A program made the translations under genes and the position numbers. DNA of 64,000 nt from Auanema rhodensis (Eukaryota; Animalia; Nematoda): contig OZ059899.1 in the NCBI GenBank assembly GCA_964057225.1, positions 18,228,001 through 18,292,000 on the forward strand, in the 5' to 3' direction. Of the stretch, positions 9,950-24,600 are shown in pieces. The notes beneath the pieces were generated by a model. It was not told the origin of the DNA. It saw only the letters and a list, made by a program, of their open reading frames with translations, and searched no databases. Position 1 is the stretch's first letter; each line of letters begins with the position of its first letter.

Positions 9950-12900
9950 TTTCTCAATGTAGTATAGTGCATTCGATGCGGATTTTTAAGCTGCGTCGTT
10001 CTGTGTTATCAGATTTGCGCTAGCTTAAACATGCACCGAGATATCAACTGTTATAAGTTCACACTTATATCCTCGATTTTCACCCTGAAGAATTAATTTT
10101 TTTGTTGAATAACATTGTCCATCGTCTTCGCCTTTAAAAACAGAATCTAAAAACATCTACTTTTTGTGAAATTATTTTGAAATTTTTAGGGAAAATTTTT
10201 GTCAAAATGTTTTTGGAAGCAATGTTGAGTGTACATGGAAACTCAACATACACTAATGCATCATTTTTCAAACGATCATAACTAATTTTTGTATTGAGCG
10301 TTTCTCAATGTAGTACAGTGCATTCGATGCGGATTTGTAAGCTGCGTCGATCTATGTTATCAGATTTGCGCTATCTTTAAAATGCACCGAGATATCAACT
10401 GTTATAAGTTCACACTTATATCCTCGATTTTCACCCTGAAGAATTAATTTTTTTGTTGAATAACATTGTCCATCGTCTTCGCCTTTAAAAACAGAATCTA
10501 AAAACATCTACTTTTTGTGAAATTATTTTGAAATTTTTAGGGAAAATTTTTGTCAAAATGTTTTTGGAAGCAATGTTGAGTGTACATGGAAACTCAACAT
10601 ACACTAATGCATCATTTTTCAAACGATCATAACTAATTTTTGTATTGAGCGTTTCTCAATGTAGTATAGTGCATTCGATGCGGATTTTTCAGCTGCGTCG
10701 ATCTGTGTTATCAGATTTGCGCTAGCTTAAAAATGCACCGAGATATCAACTGAAATAAGTTAACACATATATCCTCGATTTTCACCCTGAAGAATTAATT
10801 TTTTTGTTGAATAACATTGTCCATCGTCTTCGCCTTTGAAAACAGAATCTAAAAACATCTACTTTTTGTGAAATTATTTTGAAATTTTTAGGGAAAATTT
10901 TTGTCAAAATGTTTTTGGAAGCAATGTTGAGTGTACATGGAAACTCAACATACACTAATGCATCATTTTTCAAACGATCATTACTAATTTTTGTATTAAG
11001 CGTTTCTCAATGTAGTATAGTGCATTCGATGCGGATTTTTAAGCTGCGTCGATCTATGTTATCAGATTTGCGCTAGCTTAAAAATACACCGAGATATCAA
11101 CTGATATAAGTTCACACATATATCCTCGATTTTCACCCTGAAGAATTAATTTTTTTTTGTTGAATAACATTGTCCATCGTCTTCGCCTTGAAAAAAAGAA
11201 TCTAAAAACATCTACTTTTTGTGAAATTATTTTGAAATTTTTAGGGAAAATTTTTGTCAAAATGTTTTTGGAAGCAATGTTGAGTGTACATGGAAACTCA
11301 ACATACACTAATGCATCTTTTTTCAAACGATCATAACTAATTTTTGTATTGAGGGTTTCTCAATGTAGTATAGTGAATTCGATGCGGATTTTTAAGCTGC
11401 GTCGATCTGTATTATCAGATTTGCGCTATCTTAAAAATGCACCGAGATATCAACTGATATAAGTTCACACTTATATCCTCGATTTTCAACCTGAAGAATT
11501 AATTTCTTCGTTGAATAACAATGTCCATCGTCTTCGCCTTAAAAAAAAAATCTAAAAACATCTACTTTTTGTGAAATTATTTTGAAATTTTTAGGGAAAA
11601 TTTTTGTCAAAAAGTTTTTGGAAGCAATGTTGAGTGTACATGGAAACTCAACATACACTAATGCATCATTTTTCAAACGATCATAACTAATTTTTGTATT
11701 GAGCGTTTCTCAATGTAGTATAGTGCATTCGATGCGGATTTTTAAGCTGCGTCGATCTATGTTATCAGATTTGCGCTATCTTTAAAATGCACCGATATAT
11801 CAACTGATATAAGTTCACACTTATATCCTCGATTTTCACCCTGAAGAATTAATTTTTTTGTTGAATAACAATGTCCATCGTCTTCGCCTTAAAAAAAAAA
11901 TCTAAAAACATCTACTTTTTGTGAAATTATTTTGAAATTTTTAGGGAAAATTTTTGTCAAAAAGTTTTTGGAAGCAATGTTGAGTGTACATGGAAACTCA
12001 ACATACACTAATGCATCATTTTTCAAACGATCATAACTAATTTTTGTATTAAGCGTTTCTCAATGTAGTATAGTGCTTTCGATGCGGATTTTTAAGCTGC
12101 GTCGTTCTGTGTTATCAGATTTGCGCTAGCTTAAACATGCACCGAGATATCAACTGTTATAAGTTCACACTTATATCCTCGATTTTCACCCTGAAGAATT
12201 AATTTTTTTGTTGAATAACATTGTCCATCGTCTTCGCCTTTAAAAACAGAATCTAAAAACATCTACTTTTTGTGAAATTATTTTGAAATTTTTAGGGAAA
12301 ATTTTTGTCAAAATGTTTTTGGAAGCAATGTTGAGTGTACATGGAAACTCAACATACACTAATGCATCATTTTTCAAACGATCATAACTAATTTTTGTAT
12401 TGAGCGTTTCTCAATGTAGTATAGTGCATTCGATGCGGATTTGTAAGCTGCGTCGATCTATGTTATCAGATTTGCGCTATCTTTAAAATGCACCGAGATA
12501 TCAACTGTTATAAGTTCACACTTATATCCTCGATTTTCACCCTGAAGAATTAATTTTTTTGTTGAATAACATTGTCCATCGTCTTCGCCTTTAAAAACAG
12601 AATCTAAAAACATCTACTTTTTGTGAAATTATTTTGAAATTTTTAGGGAAAATTTTTGTCAAAATGTTTTTGGAAGCAATGTTGAGTGTACATGGAAACT
12701 CAACATACACTAATGCATCATTTTTCAAACGATCATAACTAATTTTTGTATTGAGCGTTTCTCAATGTAGTATAGTGCATTCGATGCGGATTTTTCAGCT
12801 GCGTCGATCTGTGTTATCAGATTTGCGCTAGCTTAAAAATGCACCGAGATATCAACTGAAATAAGTTAACACATATATCCTCGATTTTCACCCTGAAGAA

Positions 12901-14200
12901 TTAATTTTTTTGTTGAATAACATTGTCCATCGTCTTCGCCTTTGAAAACAGAATCTAAAAACATCTACTTTTTGTGAAATTATATTGAAATTTTTAGGGA
13001 AAATTTTTGTCAAAATGTTTTTGGAAGCAATGTTGAGTGTACATGGAAACTCAACATACACTAATGCATCATTTTTCAAACGATCATAACTAATTTTTGT
13101 ATTAAGCGTTTCTCAATGTAGTATAGTGCATTCGATGCGGATTTTTAAGCTGCGTCGATCTATGTTATCAGATTTGCGCTAGCTTAAAAATACACCGAGA
13201 TATCAACTGATATAAGTTCACACATATATCCTCGATTTTCACCCTGAAGAATTAATTTTTTTTTGTTGAATAACATTGTCCATCGTCTTCGCCTTGAAAA
13301 AAGGAATCTAAAAACATCTACTTTTTGTGAAATTATTTTGAAATTTTTAGGGAAAATTTTTGTCAAAATGTTTTTGGAAGCAATGTTGAGTGTACATGGA
13401 AACTCAACATACACTAATGCATCTTTTTTCAAACGATCATAACTAATTTTTGTATTGAGGGTTTCTCAATGTAGTATAGTGCATTCGATGCGGATTTTTA
13501 AGCTGCGTCGATCTGTGTTATCAGATTTGCGCTATCTTAAAAATGCACCGAGATATCAACTGATATAAGTTCACACTTATATCCTCGATTTTCAACCTGA
13601 AGAATTAATTTCTTCGTTGAATAACAATGTCCATCGTCTTCGCCTTAAAAAAAAAATCTAAAAACATCTACTTTTTGTGAAATTATTTTGAAATTTTTAG
13701 GGAAAATTTTTGTCAAAAAGTTTTTGGAAGCAATGTTGAGTGTACATGGAAACTCAACATACACTAATGCATCATTTTTCAAACGATCATAACTAATTTT
13801 TGTATTGAGCGTTTCTCAATGTAGTATAGTGCATTCGATGCGGATTTTTAAGCTGCGTCGATCTATGTTATCAGATTTGCGCTATCTTTAAAATGCACCG
13901 ATATATCAACTGATATAAGTTCACACTTATATCCTCGATTTTCACCCTGAAGAATTAATTTTTTTGTTGAATAACAATGTCCATCGTCTTCGCCTTAAAA
14001 AAAAAATCTAAAAACATCTACTTTTTGTGAAATTATTTTGAAATTTTTAGGGAAAATTTTTGTCAAAAAGTTTTTGGAAGCAATGTTGAGTGTACATGGA
14101 AACTCAACATACACTAATGCATCATTTTTCAAACGATCATAACTAATTTTTGTATTAAGCGTTTCTCAATGTAGTATAGTGCATTCGATGCGGATTTTTA
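9950..14200. repeat. 6-monomer higher-order duplication, period 2106 bp (boundaries approximate)
   Basis: Rare variants recur 2106 bp apart: GGATTTGTAA at 10331/12437 and TTTTTCAGCT at 10685/12791. ORF-track pairs 10782/12888 and 11078/13184 show the same offset. Confidence 0.85.
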
Positions 14201-14599
14201 AGCTGCGTCGATCTATGTTATCAGATTTGCGCTAGCTTAAAAATACACCGAGATATCAACTGATATAAGTTCACACATATATCCTCGATTTTCACCCTGA
14301 AGAATTAATTTTTTTTTGTTGAATAACATTGTCCATCGTCTTCGCCTTGAAAAAAGGAATCTAAAAACATCTACTTTTTGTGAAATTATTTTGAAATTTT
14401 TAGGGAAAATTTTTGTCAAAATGTTTTTGGAAGCAATGTTGAGTGTACATGGAAACTCAACATACACTAATGCATCTTTTTTCAAACGATCATAACTAAT
14501 TTTTGTATTGAGGGTTTCTCAATGTAGTATAGTGCATTCGATGCGGATTTTTAAGCTGCGTCGATCTGTGTTATCAGATTTGCGCTATCTTAAAAATGC

Positions 14600-17296
14600 A
14601 CCGAGATATCAACTGATATAAGTTCACACTTATATCCTCGATTTTCACCCTGAAGAATTAATTTTTTTGTTGAATAACAATGTCCATCGTCTTCGCCTTA
14701 AAAAAAAAATCTAAAAACATCTACTTTTTGTGAAATTATTTTGAAATTTTTAGGGAAAATTTTTGTCAAAAAGTTTTTGGAAGCAATGTTGAGTGTACAT
14801 GGAAACTCAACATACACTAATGCATCATTTTTCAAACGATCATAACTAATTTTTGTATTGAGCGTTTCTCAATGTAGTATAGTGCATTCGATGCGGATTT
14901 TTAAGCTGCGTCGATCTATGTTATCAGATTTGCGCTATCTTTAAAATGCACCGATATATCAACTGATATAAGTTCACACTTATATCCTCGATTTTCACCC
15001 TGAAGAATTAATTTTTTTGTTGAATAACAATGTCCATCGTCTTCGCCTTAAAAAAAAAATCTAAAAACATCTACTTTTTGTGAAATTATTTTGAAATTTT
15101 TAGGGAAAATTTTTGTCAAAAAGTTTTTGGAAGCAATGTTGAGTGTACATGGAAACTCAACATACACTAATGCATCATTTTTCAAACGATCATAACTAAT
15201 TTTTGTATTGAGTGTTTCTCAATGTAGTATAGTGCATTCGATGCGGATTTTTAAGCTGCGTCGATCTATGTTATCAGATTTACGCTATCTTAAAAATGCA
15301 CCGATATATCAACTGATATAAGTTCACACTTATATCCTCGATTTTCACCCTGAAGAATTAATTTCTTCGTTGAATAACAATGTCCATCGTCTTCGCCTTA
15401 AAAAGAAAATCAAAAAACATCTACTTTTTGTGAAATTATTTTGAAATTTTTAGGGAAAATTTTTGTCAAAAAGTTTTTGGAAGCAATGTTGAGTGTACAT
15501 GGAAACTCAACATACACTAATGCATCATTTTTCAAACGATCATAACTAATTTTTGTATTGAGCGTTTCTCAATGTAGTATAGTGCATTCGATGCGGATTT
15601 TTAAGCTGCGTCGATCTATGTTATCAGATTTGCGCTATCTTTAAAATGCACCGATATATCAACTGATATAAGTTCACACTTATATCCTCGATTTTCACCC
15701 TGAAGAATTAATTTTTTTGTTGAATAACAATGTCCATCGTCTTCGCCTTAAAAAAAAAATCTAAAAACATCTACTTTTTGTGAAATTATTTTGAAATTTT
15801 TAGGGAAAATTTTTGTCAAAAAGTTTTTGGAAGCAATGTTGAGTGTACATGGAAACTCAACATACACTAATGCATCATTTTTCAAACGATCATAACTAAT
15901 TTTTGTATTGAGCGTTTCTCAATGTAGTATAGTGCATTCGATGCGGATTTTTAAGCTGCGTCGATCTATGTTATCAGATTTGCGCTATCTTTAAAATGCA
16001 CCGATATATCAACTGATATAAGTTCACACTTATATCCTCGATTTTCACCCTGAAGAATTAATTTTTTTGTTGAATAACAATGTCCATCGTCTTCGCCTTA
16101 AAAAAAAAATCTAAAAACATCTACTTTTTGTGAAATTATTTTGAAATTTTTAGGGAAAATTTTTGTCAAAAAGTTTTTGGAAGCAATGTTGAGTGTACAT
16201 GGAAACTCAACATACACTAATGCATCATTTTTCAAACGATCATAACTAATTTTTGTATTGAGCGTTTCTCAATGTAGTATAGTGCATTCGATGCGGATTT
16301 TTAAGCTGCGTCGATCTATGTTATCAGATTTGCGCTATCTTTAAAATGCACCGATATATCAACTGATATAAGTTCACACTTATATCCTCGATTTTCACCC
16401 TGAAGAATTAATTTTTTTGTTGAATAACAATGTCCATCGTCTTCGCCTTAAAAAAAAAATCTAAAAACATCTACTTTTTGTGAAATTATTTTGAAATTTT
16501 TAGGGAAAATTTTTGTCAAAAAGTTTTTGGAAGCAATGTTGAGTGTACATGGAAACTCAACATACACTAATGCATCATTTTTCAAACGATCATAACTAAT
16601 TTTTGTATTGAGCGTTTCTCAATGTAGTATAGTGCATTCGATGCGGATTTTTAAGCTGCGTCGATCTATGTTATCAGATTTGCGCTATCTTTAAAATGCA
16701 CCGATATATCAACTGATATAAGTTCACACTTATATCCTCGATTTTCACCCTGAAGAATTAATTTTTTTGTTGAATAACAATGTCCATCGTCTTCGCCTTA
16801 AAAAAAAAATCTAAAAACATCTACTTTTTGTGAAATTATTTTGAAATTTTTAGGGAAAATTTTTGTCAAAAAGTTTTTGGAAGCAATGTTGAGTGTACAT
16901 GGAAACTCAACATACACTAATGCATCATTTTTCAAACGATCATAACTAATTTTTGTATTGAGCGTTTCTCAATGTAGTATAGTGCATTCGATGCGGATTT
17001 TTAAGCTGCGTCGATCTATGTTATCAGATTTGCGCTATCTTTAAAATGCACCGATATATCAACTGATATAAGTTCACACTTATATCCTCGATTTTCACCC
17101 TGAAGAATTAATTTTTTTGTTGAATAACAATGTCCATCGTCTTCGCCTTAAAAAAAAAATCTAAAAACATCTACTTTTTGTGAAATTATTTTGAAATTTT
17201 TAGGGAAAATTTTTGTCAAAAAGTTTTTGGAAGCAATGTTGAGTGTACATGGAAACTCAACATACACTAATGCATCATTTTTCAAACGATCATAAC
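14600..17296. repeat. Run of near-identical 350-bp monomers (monomeric amplification)
   Basis: The 350-bp phase is constant. Copies from ~15540 to 17296 look identical by eye, with one variant copy near 15210-15420. Confidence 0.8.
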
Positions 17297-18649
17297 TAAT
17301 TTGTGTAGTATAGTGCATTCGATGCGGATTTTTAAGCTGCGTCGATCTATGTTATCAGATTTGCGCTATCTTTAAAATGCACCGATATATCAACTGATAT
17401 AAGTTCACACTTATATCCTCGATTTTCACCCTGAAGAATTAAATTTTTTGTTGAATAACAATGTCCATCGTCTTCGCCTTGAAAAAAAAATCTAAAAACA
17501 TCTACTTTTTGTGGAATTATTTTGAAATTTTTACGGAAAATTTTTGTCAAAAAGTTTTTGGAAGCAATGTTGAGTGTACATGGAAACTCAACATACACTA
17601 ATGCATCATTTTTCAAACGATCATAACTAATTTTTGTATTGAGGGTTTCTCAATGTAGTATAGTGCATTCGATGCGGATTTTTAAGCTGCGTCGTTCTGT
17701 GTTATCAGATTTGCGCTAGCTTAAACATGCACCGAGATATCAACTGTTATAAGTTCACACTTATATCCTCGATTTTCACCCTGAAGAATTAAATTTTTTG
17801 TTGAATAACAATGTCCATCGTCTTCGCCTTGAAAAAAAAATCTAAAAACATCTACTTTTTGTGGAATTATTTTGAAATTTTTACGGAAAATTTTTGTCAA
17901 AACGTTTTTGGAAGCAATGTTGAGTGTACATGGAAACTCAACATACACTAATGCATCATTTTTCAAACGATCATAACTAATTTGTGTAGTATAGTGCATT
18001 CGATGTGGATTTTTGAGCTGCGTCGATCTATGTTATCAGATTTGCGCTATCTTTAAAATGCACCGAGATATCAACTGAAATAAGTTAACACATATATCCT
18101 CGATTTTCACCCTGAAGAATTAATTTTTTTGTTGAATAACATTGTCCATCGTCTTCGCCTTGAAAAAAGGAATCTAAAAACATCTACTTTTTGTGAAATT
18201 ATTTTGAAATTTTTACGGAAAATTTTTGTCAAAAAGTTTTTGGAAGCAATGTTGAGTGTACATGGAAACTCAACATACACTAATGCATCATTTTTCAAAC
18301 GATCATAACTAATTTTTGTATCGAGCGTTTCTCAATGTAGTATAGTGCATTCGATGCGGATTTTTAAGCTGCGTCGATCTATGTTATCAGATTTGCGCTA
18401 TCTTAAAAATGCACCGAGATATCAACTGATATAAGTTCACACTTATATCCTCGATTTTCAACCTGAAGAATTAATTTCTTCGTTGAATAACAATGTCCAT
18501 CGTCTTCGCCTTAAAAAAAAAATCTAAAAACATCTACTTTTTGTGAAATTATTTTGAAATTTTTAGGGAAAATTTTTGTCAAAAAGTTTTTGGAAGCAAT
18601 GTTGAGTGTACATGGAAACTCAACATACACTAATGCATCATTTTTCAAA

Positions 18650-21600
18650 CGATCATAACTAATTTTTGTATTGAGCGTTTCTCAATGTAGTATAGTGCAT
18701 TTGATGCGGATTTTTAAGCTGCGTCGATCTATGTTATCAGATTTGCGCTATCTTTAAAATGCACCGATATATCAACTGATATAAGTTCACACTTATATCC
18801 TCGATTTTCACCCTGAAGAATTATTTTTTTCGTTGAATAACATTGTCCATCGTCTTTGCCTTGAAAAAAGAAATCTAAAAACATCTACTCTTTGTGAAAT
18901 TATTTTGAAATTTTTAGGGAAAATTTTTGTCAAAAAGTTTTTGGAAGCAATGTTGAGTGTACATGGAAACTCAACATACACTAATGCATCATTTTTCAAA
19001 CGATCATAACTAATTTGTGTAGTATAGTGCATTCGATGCGGATTTTTAAGCTGCGTCGATCTATGTTATCAGATTTGCGCTATCTTTAAAATGCACCGAT
19101 ATATCAACTGATATAAGTTCACACTTATATCCTCGATTTTCACCCTGAAGAATTAATTTTTTTGTTGAATAACAATGTCCATCGTCTTCGCCTTAAAAAA
19201 AAAATCTAAAAACATCTACTTTTCGTGAAATTATTTTGAAATTTTTACGGAAAATTTTTGTCAAAAAGTTTTTGGAAGCAATGTTGAGTGTACATGGAAA
19301 CTCAACATACACTAATGCATCATTTTTCAAACGATCATAACTAATTTTTGTATCGAGCGTTTCTCAATGTAGTATAGTGCATTCGATGCGGATTTTTAAG
19401 CTGCGTCGATCTATGTTATCAGATTTGCGCTATCTTAAAAATGCACCGAGATATCAACTGATATAAGTTCACACTTATATCCTCGATTTTCAACCTGAAG
19501 AATTAATTTCTTCGTTGAATAACAATGTCCATCGTCTTCGCCTTAAAAAAAAATCTAAAAACATCTACTTTTTGTGAAATTATTTTGAAATTTTTAGGGA
19601 AAATTTTTGTCAAAAAGTTTTTGGAAGCAATGTTGAGTGTACATGGAAACTCAACATACACTAATGCATCATTTTTCAAACGATCATAACTAATTTTTGT
19701 ATCGAGCGTTTCTCAATGTAGTATAGTGCATTCGATGCGGATTTTTAAGCTGCGTCGATCTATGTTATCAGATTTGCGCTATCTTAAAAATGCACCGAGA
19801 TATCAACTGATATAAGTTCACACTTATATCCTCGATTTTCACCCTGAAGAATTAATTTTTTCGTTGAATAACATTGTCCATCGTCTTCGCCTTGAAAAAA
19901 GAAATCTAAAAACATCTACTCTTTGTGAAATTATTTTGAAATTTTCAGGGAAAATTTTTGTCAAAAAGTTTTTGGAAGCAATGTTGAGTGTACATGGAAA
20001 CTCAACATACACTAATGCATCATTTTTCAAACGATCATAACTAATTTTTGTATTGAGGGTTTCTCAATGTAGTATAGTGCATTCGATGCGGATTTTTAAG
20101 CTGCGTCGATCTATGTTATCAGATTTGCGCTATCTTTAAAATGCACCGAGATATCAACTGTTATAAGTTCACACTTATATCCTCGATTTTCACCCTGAAG
20201 AATTAATTTTTTTGTTGAATAACATTGTCCATCGTCTTCGCCTTCAAAAACAGAATCTAAAAACATCTACTTTTTGTGAAATTATTTTGAAATTTTTAGG
20301 GAAAATTTTTGTCAAAATGTTTTTGGAAGCAATGTTGAGTGTACATGGAAACTCAACATACACTAATGCATCATTTTTCAAACGATCATAACTAATTTTT
20401 GTATTGAGCGTTTCTCAATGTAGTATAGTGCATTCGATGCGGATTTTTAAGCTGCGTCGATCTGTGTTATCAGATTTGCGCTAGCTTAAAAATGCACCGA
20501 GATATCAACTGAAATAAGTTAACACATATATCCTCGATTTTCACCCTGAAGAATTAATTTTTTTGTTGAATAACATTGTCCATCGTCTTCGCCTTTAAAA
20601 ACAGAATCTAAAAACATCTACTTTTTGTGAAATTATTTTGAAATTTTTAGGGAAAATTTTTGTCAAAATGTTTTTGGAAGCAATGTTGAGTTTACATGGA
20701 AACTCAACATACACTAATGCATCATTTTTCAAACGATCATAACTAATTTTTGTATTGAGCGTTTCTCAATGTAGTATAGTGCATTCGATGCGGATTTTTA
20801 AGCTGCGTCGATCTATGTTATCAGATTTGCGCTATCTTTAAAATGCACCGATATATCAACTGATATAAGTTCACACTTATATCCTCGATTTTCACCCTGA
20901 AGAATTATTTTTTTCGTTGAATAACATTGTCCATCGTCTTCGCCTTGAAAAAAGAAATCTAAAAACATCTACTCTTTGTGAAATTATTTTGAAATTTTTA
21001 GGGAAAATTTTTGTCAAAAAGTTTTTGGAAGCAATGTTGAGTGTACATGGAAACTCAACATACACTAATGCATCATTTTTCAAACGATCATAACTAATTT
21101 GTGTAGTATAGTGCATTCGATGCGGATTTTTAAGCTGCGTCGATCTATGTTATCAGATTTGCGCTATCTTTAAAATGCACCGATATATCAACTGATATAA
21201 GTTCACACTTATATCCTCGATTTTCACCCTGAAGAATTAATTTTTTTGTTGAATAACAATGTCCATCGTCTTCGCCTTAAAAAAAAAATCTAAAAACATC
21301 TACTTTTCGTGAAATTATTTCGAAATTTTTACGGAAAATTTTTGTCAAAATGTTTTTGGAAGCAATGTTGAGTGTACATGGAAACTCAACATACACTAAT
21401 GCATCATTTTTCAAACGATCATAACTAATTTTTGTATTGAGGGTTTCTCAATGTAGTATAGTGCATTCGATGCGGATTTTTAAGCTGCGTCGATCTATGT
21501 TATCAGATTTGCGCTATCTTTAAAATGCACCGAGATATCAACTGTTATAAGTTCACACTTATATCCTCGATTTTCACCCTGAAGAATTAATTTTTTTGTT

Positions 21601-24600
21601 GAATAACATTGTCCATCGTCTTCGCCTTTAAAAACAGAATCTAAAAACATCTACTTTTTGTGAAATTATTTTGAAATTTTTAGGGAAAATTTTTGTCAAA
21701 ATGTTTTTGGAAGCAATGTTGAGTGTACATGGAAACTCAACATACACTAATGCATCATTTTTCAAACGATCATAACTAATTTTTGTATTGAGCGTTTCTC
21801 AATGTAGTATAGTGCATTCGATGCGGATTTTTAAGCTGCGTCGATCTGTGTTATCAGATTTGCGCTAGCTTAAAAATGCACCGAGATATCAACTGAAATA
21901 AGTTAACACATATATCCTCGATTTTCACCCTGAAGAATTAATTTTTTTGTTGAATAACATTGTCCATCGTCTTCGCCTTTAAAAACAGAATCTAAAAACA
22001 TCTACTTTTTGTGAAATTATTTTGAAATTTTTAGGGAAAATTTTTGTCAAAATGTTTTTGGAAGCAATGTTGAGTTTACATGGAAACTCAACATACACTA
22101 ATGCATCATTTTTCAAACGATCATAACTAATTTTTGTATTGAGCGTTTCTCAATGTAGTATAGTGCATTCGATGCGGATTTTTAAGCTGCGTCGATCTAT
22201 GTTATCAGATTTGCGCTATCTTTAAAATGCACCGATATATCAACTGATATAAGTTCACACTTATATCCTCGATTTTCACCCTGAAGAATTATTTTTTTCG
22301 TTGAATAACATTGTCCATCGTCTTCGCCTTGAAAAAAGAAATCTAAAAACATCTACTCTTTGTGAAATTATTTTGAAATTTTTAGGGAAAATTTTTGTCA
22401 AAAAGTTTTTGGAAGCAATGTTGAGTGTACATGGAAACTCAACATACACTAATGCATCATTTTTCAAACGATCATAACTAATTTGTGTAGTATAGTGCAT
22501 TCGATGCGGATTTTTAAGCTGCGTCGATCTATGTTATCAGATTTGCGCTATCTTTAAAATGCACCGATATATCAACTGATATAAGTTCACACTTATATCC
22601 TCGATTTTCACCCTGAAGAATTAATTTTTTTGTTGAATAACAATGTCCATCGTCTTCGCCTTAAAAAAAAAATCTAAAAACATCTACTTTTCGTGAAATT
22701 ATTTTGAAATTTTTACGGAAAATTTTTGTCAAAATGTTTTTGGAAGCAATGTTGAGTGTACATGGAAACTCAACATACACTAATGCATCATTTTTCAAAC
22801 GATCATAACTAATTTTTGTATCGAGCGTTTCTCAATGTAGTATAGTGCATTCGATGCGGATTTTTAAGCTGCGTCGATCTATGTTATCAGATTTGCGCTA
22901 TCTTAAAAATGCACCGAGATATCAACTGATATAAGTTCACACTTATATCCTCGATTTTCAACCTGAAGAATTAATTTCTTCGTTGAATAACAATGTCCAT
23001 CGTCTTCGCCTTAAAAAAAAATCTAAAAACATCTACTTTTTGTGAAATTATTTTGAAATTTTTAGGGAAAATTTTTGTCAAAAAGTTTTTGGAAGCAATG
23101 TTGAGTGTACATGGAAACTCAACATACACTAATGCATCATTTTTCAAACGATCATAACTAATTTTTGTATCGAGCGTTTCTCAATGTAGTATAGTGCATT
23201 CGATGCGGATTTTTAAGCTGCGTCGATCTATGTTATCAGATTTGCGCTATCTTAAAAATGCACCGAGATATCAACTGATATAAGTTCACACTTATATCCT
23301 CGATTTTCACCCTGAAGAATTAATTTTTTCGTTGAATAACATTGTCCATCGTCTTCGCCTTGAAAAAAGAAATCTAAAAACATCTACTCTTTGTGAAATT
23401 ATTTTGAAATTTTCAGGGAAAATTTTTGTCAAAAAGTTTTTGGAAGCAATGTTGAGTGTACATGGAAACTCAACATACACTAATGCATCATTTTTCAAAC
23501 GATCATAACTAATTTTTGTATTGAGGGTTTCTCAATGTAGTATAGTGCATTCGATGCGGATTTTTAAGCTGCGTCGATCTATGTTATCAGATTTGCGCTA
23601 TCTTTAAAATGCACCGAGATATCAACTGTTATAAGTTCACACTTATATCCTCGATTTTCACCCTGAAGAATTAATTTTTTTGTTGAATAACATTGTCCAT
23701 CGTCTTCGCCTTCAAAAACAGAATCTAAAAACATCTACTTTTTGTGAAATTATTTTGAAATTTTTAGGGAAAATTTTTGTCAAAATGTTTTTGGAAGCAA
23801 TGTTGAGTGTACATGGAAACTCAACATACACTAATGCATCATTTTTCAAACGATCATAACTAATTTTTGTATTGAGCGTTTCTCAATGTAGTATAGTGCA
23901 TTCGATGCGGATTTTTAAGCTGCGTCGATCTGTGTTATCAGATTTGCGCTAGCTTAAAAATGCACCGAGATATCAACTGAAATAAGTTAACACATATATC
24001 CTCGATTTTCACCCTGAAGAATTAATTTTTTTGTTGAATAACATTGTCCATCGTCTTCGCCTTTAAAAACAGAATCTAAAAACATCTACTTTTTGTGAAA
24101 TTATTTTGAAATTTTTAGGGAAAATTTTTGTCAAAATGTTTTTGGAAGCAATGTTGAGTTTACATGGAAACTCAACATACACTAATGCATCATTTTTCAA
24201 ACGATCATAACTAATTTTTGTATTGAGCGTTTCTCAATGTAGTATAGTGCATTCGATGCGGATTTTTAAGCTGCGTCGATCTATGTTATCAGATTTGCGC
24301 TATCTTTAAAATGCACCGATATATCAACTGATATAAGTTCACACTTATATCCTCGATTTTCACCCTGAAGAATTATTTTTTTCGTTGAATAACATTGTCC
24401 ATCGTCTTCGCCTTGAAAAAAGAAATCTAAAAACATCTACTCTTTGTGAAATTATTTTGAAATTTTTAGGGAAAATTTTTGTCAAAAAGTTTTTGGAAGC
24501 AATGTTGAGTGTACATGGAAACTCAACATACACTAATGCATCATTTTTCAAACGATCATAACTAATTTGTGTAGTATAGTGCATTCGATGCGGATTTTTA

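Noticed and set aside
11506-11522. CENP-B box (CTTCGTTG in one monomer class, alternating in the dimer region)
   Set aside because: Only the 5' half matches. The essential CGGG at positions 13-16 is absent (CTTCGTTGAATAACAAT), and the variant is better explained by the local hairpin.
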